Origin: Nitratidesulfovibrio vulgaris str. Hildenborough
GTDB taxonomy: Bacteria; Desulfobacterota; Desulfovibrionia; Desulfovibrionales; Desulfovibrionaceae
Length of the DNA: 32,000 nucleotides
Assembly: GCF_000195755.1 (NCBI RefSeq)
Contig: NC_002937.3
Coordinates: 1,110,001 to 1,142,000 of the forward strand
Reading direction: 5' to 3'
Below the pieces are notes generated by a model that saw only the letters and a list, made by a program, of their open reading frames with translations, had not been told where the DNA came from and did no database searches. Both the position numbers and the translations under genes were made by a program. Position 1 is the stretch's first letter. Each line of letters opens with the position of its first letter. This document shows, one piece after another, positions 1-7,053 of the stretch.

Positions 1-560
1 CCCGAGGCCTTGCCTATGCTGTCGACGAAGCCGACATCCACACCCTTGATGTAGAAGTCGCTGTTGTCGCTGCTAGTGGTGCCGTCGGAGTTGTCCACAG
101 CCTGAACGACGACCCTGTCGAACAGGACGCCTGTGTAGCTGAACTGTCCGTTGGCGGGAATCGCCTGACTGGCGACCTGTACGTTGCCGAGGAAGAAGAG
201 GACCTGTCCGCGTTCGCCTTCCCCACCGGTGTAGAAGGAACCGGGAGCGTCCATGTTGAACCTGTTGGCGACGCCATCCAGTTCGAAGACCACCCCTTCC
301 TGTTCACCGGAAGTCTTGTCGTCGCGGTAGCCCAGTTCGTTCTCGCGGTCGGGACCATCGCTGCCTGCGACGGGCTTCCCGTCGTAGGTCACGCCGAGGC
401 CGTTACTGGTGAAGTTGGGCGTGCCGCCGTTCACCTGCAACTGCACACCGGGGGCTATCATGTCGCCGTCGCCGGGGTGCGTGTCGGCACCGAAGCCGAC
501 GTGAACAAGGGCGGACTGGCCGAAGTCGTCGGTGACCGCGCCGTTGCTGACCGTCAGCGT
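1..560 (-). repeat. Copy B of a ~185-aa intragenic module of the adhesin, truncated or ending at the window edge
   Basis: Protein: ...VNGGTPNFTSNGLGVTYDGKPVAGSDGPDRENELGYRDDKTSGEQEGVVFELDGVANRFNMDA...SSDNSDFYIKGVDVGFVD. The nucleotide core gtcttgtcgtcgcggtagcccagttcgttctc (323-354) is identical in copy A. Confidence 0.8.
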
Positions 561-3500
561 GGGCGCGTCATCCTTGATGTCGATGTTGATCGTGGCCGAG
601 GTGCTGTCGTTGTCACGGTCGGTCAGCGTCACGGTGATGTCGAGGTCGAACGTCTCGTCGGTGGCCGGCGTTGTATGCGGCGCGTTCCTGTCCAGTTCGA
701 AGGTGTAGGTCACCTTGCCGGTTACCGCATCAAAGCCGGTGATGGTCAGGTTCCCGTAGGGCGTGTCGAGCACTGCGCCTTCGGCGATGTCGACTGTCTG
801 ACCACCGTAGCTCATGGTGAGTGAACCGAGTCCGTCCTTCACGTCGATGGTGAACTCGCGTTCTGCGGTCACCAGCGAACCGAGGCCGTCTTCGGTGCCG
901 CCGGGCAGGTACTTCTCGTACAGTTCACCTTCAGAGCCCTCCAGCCCCTTGATGGAAACGCCGTCGTCCGTCCCCACGATGGTGATGACGAGAGGTGCCG
1001 TTGAAGCATCACCGTCACCGTCCGTGACGGTGTACTTGAAGGTCTCCGTCAACCTGTCCGTCTTGGAGTTGAGGTGCTGTACGCGCGGGTCGTCATTGTT
1101 GAGCGAGTACGAGTAGCTACCATCGGCGTAGATGGTGAGCGTTCCGTATTCACCCTGAATCTCGGTGCTACCGTTTTCGGAGAAGTCGGTCGCAGCACCG
1201 TCGCCCTTGGCGATGTGTGTGACGCGGTTGCCGTCGGCGCTCAAGTCGTAGCCGGGGGCGGTGTCGTTGGAGAGCACATTGCCAGAGGCGATGAGCTTGC
1301 CATCTTCACGTACCCAGTCGGCATCCATCTGGGCGACGGGCATGTCGTCGGTCACCTTGAGCGTGACCGAGCCATCCACGTAGTCACCGTCGATGTCGGT
1401 GCCGCGAACCTTGATGCCGGTGATGGTCACAAGGTCGCTTCCGTTGGCGTGCAGCAGCGGGTCGATGAGTTCGGCGTGAACGGTCACGTTGCCGGTTTCA
1501 CCTGCGTCGATGTTCCCGCCGGAGAGTGAAAGGATGACCGCCTTGTCACCATTGGAGTATCTGCCGACGAGTTTGCCAGATTCGACGGCCCACGTCAGGG
1601 CTGCGCCTGCGCCTTCCATCTGGACGCCGCTGGCGTCGACGAACTTGAACGATTCGAAGTCGTCGGAACCTGCGGTGAAGCTGAGGCTGCCGCTGGTCTT
1701 GTCGGTGTCGAGATAACCGTCGGGTCGCGTCAGCATCGATGCCGCATCGTCATCGAGCGTGAGCGTCAGGGTTCCTGCGCGCGCCGGACCTTCGCCGTCG
1801 TTGATGGCGACGGTGATGGTGTCGGTAAGCTTGGTGTCGCCATCCGAGTCGGTGATGCGCAGGGCGAACTTCAATTCCTGCTTGTAGTCGTGGTCGAGGT
1901 TGTTCTTCGCCGCGAAGGTCCATTCCCCGTCACCGTTGACGCGCAGGATGCCCTTCGAGGTGTAGATGTTCTGGTTGATGCTGTATTCGTTGCCGCCGAT
2001 GACGACCTTGATGGAACTGCCAAGGTCATTGTCGGCCCCCATGGCGTGCGTCCATGTGCCCGCGATGCTCTGCCCTTCGGTGACGGGGCCGGCAGCGGGG
2101 GCGAGGTCGATGGTGGGGGTGTCGTCGACGATGGTGACGGTGAGGGACGCAGAGGCTGACTGGGCATGCCCGTCCGCACCCGTGGTCGTCACCGAGACGG
2201 GGATGACGTCGCCCGTCTTCATGTCGTCGAGGTCTTGTCCGTGCCTGACGTTGTCCTTCAGTGTGTAGCGATACTGGACACTGTAGCCGGAGGTGGCATC
2301 ACCACTGACCCCGATGATTTCCAGCGTGGCATGGGAAGGGACGCCAAGGTAGCCGTCGACGGTCACGTCCTTGCCGTTCATGCCGATGTTGAAGACCTTG
2401 CCCAGCAGGTCGTTGATGGTCTCCACACCGTTTGAGACGGAGAAGGACACCCCGGCGATGCTGACGGACGTGAGGTCTTCGCCGTTGGTGTCGATGCGGA
2501 AGGCACCCTCTACAGCTGCCAGTGACGCATCGTTACCAGCCACAAGGCCGTTCTCGTCGACCACGTGGGCAACGGGAGGCATGTCGATGTCGGGGGCACG
2601 GTCGGCCTCGTTCACCGTGACGGTGAAGCTGCCGGAGGCCGTGTCGCCATCGGTGTCGGTGATGGTGTACGAGAAGCCGAGTTTGCCGCCGTTCTCTGGC
2701 AGGTCGAGCGGTACGCGCTGTGCGAGCGTCCATTCTCCTGTGGCGGTGTTCACGGTGAGCGTGAAGGCCACCTGACCGGAATCGGTACCATCGTCATTGA
2801 TGATGTGACCGACCATGGTTCCTGCAATGGGGTTGCCTTCCGAGTCTCGCTCGGGCTCGATGCTCACGCGGCGTCCATCCAGCGTCCAGATGGAGGCGTC
2901 TGTGATGTCCGCACCGTCCGAGGGGGCGGCTGCACGGTATTCCACGGATTCGGCTTCTGGCTGCTGACCTGAAGCGATGCCATCGAACACCAGTTCGAAC
3001 GAGCCGGGTCTGTCTGCCCCATAGTCGAAGTAGAGCATGCCGGAATGGATATCTACGCTGGCGGCGTCTGCTTCGTGGAAGCTGACGTTCTTGATGTAGA
3101 AGTCGCTGTTGTCGGATGTGCTGAGCCATGTCCTGTCGGTGGCGGTGACGACAACGCGGTCGAAGAGACCGGTGAACTCGATGCTGCCGGCAGTGGAGGA
3201 CGTGATGGTTCGCGCTCCCACAAGCTGGTCGCCGAGGAAGAACTGCACGACACCGCGCTCCCCGGAGCCTTCGCTCCCTGACAGTGCGCCACTGGCGTCC
3301 ATCTCGAAATGGTCGGCGACACCGTTGAGCTTGAAGACCAGCGCTTCCTGCTCATGGGACGTCTTGTCGTCGCGGTAGCCCAGTTCGTTCTCACGGTCGG
3401 GCCCGTCGGCAGCGCCAACCTGCACGCCATCATAGGTTCCACCCAGCCCATTGGCACCGCCGTTGTAAGGGGTGCCGCCGTCCATGCGGATGTCAACGAA

Positions 3501-5117
3501 CCCCGTGTTGGCGTCGGTGCTGGCACTGATGAGGTCGGCGAGGGTGCTGCCGCTGGTGAAGTTGAAGCTGTGCGTGAGCGCGTCATCGGCAACGGAGGCA
3601 TGGGGTGCGTCACTGGCTGCCGCGTAGTCCGCCCGCTCGATGAATTCCTCACTCCCGTACACGCGCGGCCCGTCGTCCCTGACGACGACAGTGATGTTGC
3701 CGGTGGCTGTGTCGGTATCGGTGTCGGTGAGCACCACACCCACGTTGAACTGCAGTGCGTCGTTGTGCGGATGGTCTGTGCTGGCGGGGTCGCCGGGCAA
3801 AGCGTCACCGTCTACTGAATGGTCGAGGGGACGTTCCTGCGTGTAGGTGTACTTGCCGGTATTGTCGATGGTCATGGTGAAGACGGTGAGGCCGTTCGGG
3901 GCGGCGTCATCGCCCTCGGCGACGATGTAGCCGCGCAACGTCTTGCCGTCGTCGCTTACGTCAAAGAGCACTTGTGCGCCCTGTGACGTGAGTGCGGGGC
4001 CGTTCGTCTCGATGGTGGCATCGAATACCAGCGACTGGACACCGTCTGCACCCGCCGAGAAATTCAGCGTGCCCTGCGTTTCGATGACGCCATCGCCCCA
4101 CGGGTCGGCAGGGTTGTCTCCAGTATCGGACACGAGAAGGGGAGTGACATCGCCGGACGTGTTTCCTTCACGGAAATTGGTCTCGTCCACTTCCGCCTGC
4201 CCGCCGATGATGACGGGGGCGTCATCCAGAATCTGGATGTTGAGCGAATCGCTGGCAAGGTCGCCGTCGGTGTCGGTGGCGGTGATGGGGAAGGTCTCGA
4301 AGATGGTGTCGTCACCGGCGGTGTGGTCGGCGTTGCCCGTCAACTCGTACGAGTAGGTGATGACGCCGGTGGCGGGATTGTAGCCGGTGATGGTGAGGGT
4401 GCCGTAGTCTCCGGTGACGGTGCTGTTCACCAGCGCACCCCCGGAGATGACGGTCTCGCCGCCTATGATGACTGTGGCGAGTCCATCGGGGGCGGTGATG
4501 GTGAAGTCGCCGGTCAGCGTCCTGCCAGCCGCGTCAGGTGCGCTACCGCTGGCAAGGGCGGTCTCGTCGACGATGCCCTCTCCGGCACCGATGTCAGGAC
4601 CGCCGGGCGCGATATTGGTTATGGTCACACCGTTGTCGACGATGCCGACGTCGGTAAGCGGCAAAGGTTCTGTGCCACGTTCGAACACCAGCGGGTCGAG
4701 GGTGCCAAGCCGGTCGACGCTGTCCACGAGGTTGCCGGGGTCGTCGGTGTAGTCACCCACACCGCCGCTACCTGCGCCACCGCCTGCCCCGGGGCCCGCT
4801 GCGGGCAGAAGTTCGGCGTTGAAGGCGGTTAGGAAGGCGTCTCCGGGGAGTTCCTGACCTTCGATGACGAAGGTGGGCACGTTGCCGCCTTCAAGCTGGG
4901 CGAAGAAATCGGAAACGATCACTTGCCCGCCTTCAGGGAAGGTGAAGACCAGGTCGTTGCCGGATTTCTCTGTGGTTGCCGCATCAGGGGCGAATTCAAG
5001 AGCGAGTTTCAGCCCGGCGGCGTTCTGTATGGTGATGACTTCGTCAACTGCGGGCGCAGGAAGACGTATCGTACCCGCGGTGGCTTGCTGCGGAGTGATG
5101 GTGCGATTGAGAGGCAT
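1..5117 (-). CDS. Giant secreted repeat adhesin (LapA/RTX-adhesin-like T1SS substrate). Only the 5' ~1705 codons are present; the 3' end lies beyond window position 1.
   Basis: No track ORF occupies the minus frame whose codon first bases are 2 mod 3 between 1 and 5117. That fits one open frame with no in-window stop. The ATG (5117-5115) is preceded by AAAGGGGGGAGCT. Hand translation gives MPLNRTITPQQATAGTIRLPAPAVDEVITIQNAAGLKLALEFAPDAATTEKSGNDLVFTFPEGGQVIVSDFFAQLEGGNVPTFVIEGQELPGDAFLTAFNAELLPAAGPGAGGGAGSGGVGDYTDD. Spot translations at 1-100, 961-1040, 1801-1860, 2581-2700, 3061-3120 and 3291-3500 stay open. They give T/V/D/G-rich beta-sandwich-type repeats with Ca-binding-like motifs (YTITDTDGDTASGSFTVTVNEADRAP, RITDSDGDTKLTDTITVAIN, YTVTDGDGDASTAPLVITIVGTDDG). 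Confidence 0.88.
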   Translation of the reverse strand, partial: MPLNRTITPQQATAGTIRLPAPAVDEVITIQNAAGLKLALEFAPDAATTEKSGNDLVFTFPEGGQVIVSDFFAQLEGGNVPTFVIEGQELPGDAFLTAFNAELLPAAGPGAGGGAGSGGVGDYTDDPGNLVDSVDRLGTLDPLVFERGTEPLPLTDVGIVDNGVTITNIAPGGPDIGAGEGIVDETALASGSAPDAAGRTLTGDFTITAPDGLATVIIGGETVISGGALVNSTVTGDYGTLTITGYNPATGVITYSYELTGNADHTAGDDTIFETFPITATDTDGDLASDSLNIQILDDAPVIIGGQAEVDETNFREGNTSGDVTPLLVSDTGDNPADPWGDGVIETQGTLNFSAGADGVQSLVFDATIETNGPALTSQGAQVLFDVSDDGKTLRGYIVAEGDDAAPNGLTVFTMTIDNTGKYTYTQERPLDHSVDGDALPGDPASTDHPHNDALQFNVGVVLTDTDTDTATGNITVVVRDDGPRVYGSEEFIERADYAAASDAPHASVADDALTHSFNFTSGSTLADLISASTDANTGFVDIRMDGGTPYNGGANGLGGTYDGVQVGAADGPDRENELGYRDDKTSHEQEALVFKLNGVADHFEMDASGALSGSEGSGERGVVQFFLGDQLVGARTITSSTAGSIEFTGLFDRVVVTATDRTWLSTSDNSDFYIKNVSFHEADAASVDIHSGMLYFDYGADRPGSFELVFDGIASGQQPEAESVEYRAAAPSDGADITDASIWTLDGRRVSIEPERDSEGNPIAGTMVGHIINDDGTDSGQVAFTLTVNTATGEWTLAQRVPLDLPENGGKLGFSYTITDTDGDTASGSFTVTVNEADRAPDIDMPPVAHVVDENGLVAGNDASLAAVEGAFRIDTNGEDLTSVSIAGVSFSVSNGVETINDLLGKVFNIGMNGKDVTVDGYLGVPSHATLEIIGVSGDATSGYSVQYRYTLKDNVRHGQDLDDMKTGDVIPVSVTTTGADGHAQSASASLTVTIVDDTPTIDLAPAAGPVTEGQSIAGTWTHAMGADNDLGSSIKVVIGGNEYSINQNIYTSKGILRVNGDGEWTFAAKNNLDHDYKQELKFALRITDSDGDTKLTDTITVAINDGEGPARAGTLTLTLDDDAASMLTRPDGYLDTDKTSGSLSFTAGSDDFESFKFVDASGVQMEGAGAALTWAVESGKLVGRYSNGDKAVILSLSGGNIDAGETGNVTVHAELIDPLLHANGSDLVTITGIKVRGTDIDGDYVDGSVTLKVTDDMPVAQMDADWVREDGKLIASGNVLSNDTAPGYDLSADGNRVTHIAKGDGAATDFSENGSTEIQGEYGTLTIYADGSYSYSLNNDDPRVQHLNSKTDRLTETFKYTVTDGDGDASTAPLVITIVGTDDGVSIKGLEGSEGELYEKYLPGGTEDGLGSLVTAEREFTIDVKDGLGSLTMSYGGQTVDIAEGAVLDTPYGNLTITGFDAVTGKVTYTFELDRNAPHTTPATDETFDLDITVTLTDRDNDSTSATINIDIKDDAPTLTVSNGAVTDDFGQSALVHVGFGADTHPGDGDMIAPGVQLQVNGGTPNFTSNGLGVTYDGKPVAGSDGPDRENELGYRDDKTSGEQEGVVFELDGVANRFNMDAPGSFYTGGEGERGQVLFFLGNVQVASQAIPANGQFSYTGVLFDRVVVQAVDNSDGTTSSDNSDFYIKGVDVGFVDSIGKAS
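3046..3610 (-). repeat. Copy A of the same ~185-aa intragenic module, about 3.04 kb from copy B
   Basis: Protein: ...RMDGGTPYNGGANGLGGTYDGVQVGAADGPDRENELGYRDDKTSHEQEALVFKLNGVADHFEMDAS...TSDNSDFYIKNVSFHEADAA. The second shared nucleotide block cttgatgtagaagtcgctgttgtc is at 3090 versus 45. Confidence 0.8.
4794..4805 (-). other. P-A-A-G di-alanine motif at residues 105-108 of the adhesin; candidate BTLCP/LapG cleavage site
   Basis: Codons ccc gca gcg ggc were read directly, in the context NAELL-PAAG-PGAGGGAGSGG. The motif follows a ~100-residue N-terminal globular-looking segment and is followed by a Gly-rich linker. Confidence 0.6.
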
Positions 5118-5206
5118 AGCTCCCCCCTTTGGTCTTGCACCCTGCCATGCTGGACATGCAGGGCGGTTGCTCGCTTACGCCAGCCTGATGCTCTCCGGGC
5201 TGGCAT

Positions 5207-5233
5207 GGCGGCGGATTCCCCAAATCCGCCGCC
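5207..5233 (-). promoter_or_regulatory. Perfect 11-bp stem / 5-nt loop hairpin in the tolC-adhesin intercistronic spacer
   Basis: ggcggcggatt-cccca-aatccgccgcc. No U-tract follows on the minus strand. Two further short stems flank it (ccagcc/ggctgg at 5180-5203, ccctgc/gcaggg at 5141-5164). Confidence 0.5.
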
Positions 5234-5281
5234 AATTGCTGACGCTTGGTCGGGCCGCTGGCGACCCTGTAGCCGTGTGTC

Positions 5282-6652
5282 CTAGCGGATGGTGCCTTCT
5301 TCGGGCACGTTTCGCAGTTCACTTCTGTCGATGGACAGGGAGGCAAGAAGGTTTCCGCCAAGTGCGAGCAGGCGGTAGGCGGTTCCGGCTTCGTTGGCCT
5401 TCGCAGTCACAAGCTGCACTTCGGAGCTGTACAGTTCATTCTCGGCGTCGAGAACGTCAAGCAGACTGCGCTGGCCGACGAGGAACTGCTGCATGTATGT
5501 GTCGCGCGTCTGGGTGTTGTACGTGACCGCCGTGGTGTAGAAACTGCTCTGCTCGTGCGCTGAAAGGTAACGGCTCCATGTGGCGCGGGTCTCTTCGTTC
5601 AGGGTGTCGAGCAGGTTCTGGAGTTCCTGCCTGCTCTGGCGAACGCGGGCTGCCGAACCTCTCACGGCTGCAACGTCTGCACCGCCGTCATAGATGTTCC
5701 AGTTCACGCGCATCATGGCCGTGGTACCCCATGCGTAGGATTCGCTGCTCTCTACGCGCTCCTTGTATGAAGGGCCGACCTCAAGATATACATTAGGGTG
5801 AAAACGCGATTTGTCGAGGTCTTCCTGACCGCGGGCCGCCTGAATGTCAGACTGGTAGGCGGCGATTTTGGGGTTGGCCGTCAGGCTCGCCCCCAGTGCC
5901 GTCTCGAAGCTGGCGGGCGCGGTGTCGGGAATGCCAGCCCGTTCGAGTTCGGTGGGAACCTCCATGCCGGTCAGGCGCTTGTAGGCGGCTTCGGCAACTT
6001 CGAGGGCACTCCTGCTTTCCACGAGAGTGGATTGGGCGCGGGCAAGTCGGCCTTGTGTCTGGGTGACATCGGCGATGCTGGCCACACCCATCTTCTGCCG
6101 TTCACTCTGCGAGCCGAGGATGGTCTGGTGCTGCTGGACGTTGATCTCGGACAGCCTGACGATTTCGCGCTGGCGCAGCACCTCGATGTGGGCGAGCACT
6201 GCGTCGAGTCCGAGGGCTTCGGCGTTATCCATCAGCCTGTTGTCGGCAGAGTCGAGTTTGGCCTTGCCGACATCTACACGGCTTGAAGTCGCGAAGCCGT
6301 CCCAGACGGTCTGCGTGAGTACGGCCGAGGCGTCGCCACGTTCGGTGAACTCATCATCCTTGTTGGACTGTCTTGAAGTCGTGTCGCTGTATTGTTCTGC
6401 GCCGTATCCTGCGCGAACATCGACGCGCGGCAGCCAGCCTGCTCTTGCGCGGCGAAGATCGTGCGTTGCAGCTTCTCGATTCTCTTGGAAGACTTTCAGC
6501 TTCGGGTTGCTGTTGATCGTAGAAAGAACGCTGTCCTTCAGTTTGGTCTCTGCGAACGAGACGTCTGGAAGAGACAGAAAAGCACCTGATGCAGAAATAA
6601 GAGCGCACGCGGTTGCGCCTGTGATCATTTTTTTGCAGATTGATGACTTCAT
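5282..6652 (-). CDS. tolC: TolC-family type I secretion outer membrane protein
   Basis: 456-aa ORF with an N-terminal signal peptide (MKSSICKKMITGATACALISASGAFLSLPDVSFA). It shows the duplicated coiled-coil/OEP architecture typical of TolC. AAGGAG lies 6 nt upstream of the ATG. It sits directly upstream of the adhesin on the same strand. Confidence 0.92.
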   Translation of the reverse strand: MKSSICKKMITGATACALISASGAFLSLPDVSFAETKLKDSVLSTINSNPKLKVFQENREAATHDLRRARAGWLPRVDVRAGYGAEQYSDTTSRQSNKDDEFTERGDASAVLTQTVWDGFATSSRVDVGKAKLDSADNRLMDNAEALGLDAVLAHIEVLRQREIVRLSEINVQQHQTILGSQSERQKMGVASIADVTQTQGRLARAQSTLVESRSALEVAEAAYKRLTGMEVPTELERAGIPDTAPASFETALGASLTANPKIAAYQSDIQAARGQEDLDKSRFHPNVYLEVGPSYKERVESSESYAWGTTAMMRVNWNIYDGGADVAAVRGSAARVRQSRQELQNLLDTLNEETRATWSRYLSAHEQSSFYTTAVTYNTQTRDTYMQQFLVGQRSLLDVLDAENELYSSEVQLVTAKANEAGTAYRLLALGGNLLASLSIDRSELRNVPEEGTIR

Positions 6653-7053
6653 ATCTTGCTCCTTTATTGTGCTTTTTCATTCTCTCTACATCAAAGATAT
6701 AGAGCGATAGTTGTTTGTTGTTCTGATTGGATGTATGATTATTTTGTGTAGTATCGCGTTGTGTCACTTTTGCTGGCTGCTTGCGTCTCAGCCTTTGAAC
6801 GTGCTTGACGCCTTCGGCGGTATAACCTGTAGACTCTTGCGATTATTTGTTTGTCGGTTTTCTTTACACGTAACATCCTGACACGGTGTCGGCAAGTGCA
6901 CAAAGAAAGATTCTAACGCCTTGCCAGCGGGGGGGAATCTGTCCTTTTGTTGCACAGGGCTGAAAAGGGTTGTACCTTTCTCAACTTTCGATAGGTCGCT
7001 GCGTTACGTGGCAGGGTCGAAAAACGGCTTGTTGTCACCTGCTTGGGGGAAAA
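6653..7053. promoter_or_regulatory. AT-rich divergent control region between tolC-adhesin (minus) and the ABC-MFP-protease-receptor operon (plus)
   Basis: This is the only markedly AT-rich stretch in the left half of the window. It contains the palindrome GACACgGTGTC (6880-6890) and a G7 run (6929-6935). I could not place a convincing -35/-10 or -24/-12 pair. Confidence 0.5.

Noticed and set aside
14-5100. About 30 short track ORFs on both strands between 14 and ~5100
   Set aside because: All lie in frames other than the single uninterrupted minus frame that encodes the adhesin. Similar out-of-frame peptides (for example TNWATATTR at 14-358 and 3053-3808) merely reflect the intragenic repeat.
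5009-5361. ORFs 5009-5206 and 5044-5361 (minus) and 4864-5526 (plus) spanning the tolC-adhesin spacer
   Set aside because: They overlap the adhesin start and the tolC end, have no SD, and have Arg/Cys/Pro-rich composition. The spacer is better explained as structured RNA.
6970-7053. Upstream extensions of track ORFs (6970 for the ABC gene; likewise 11911, 16272, 24588, 25370, 25352, 28869)
   Set aside because: The track takes the longest ORF with any ATG/GTG/TTG. In each case a downstream start has a proper SD or avoids overlap with the preceding gene or with AT-rich promoter DNA.
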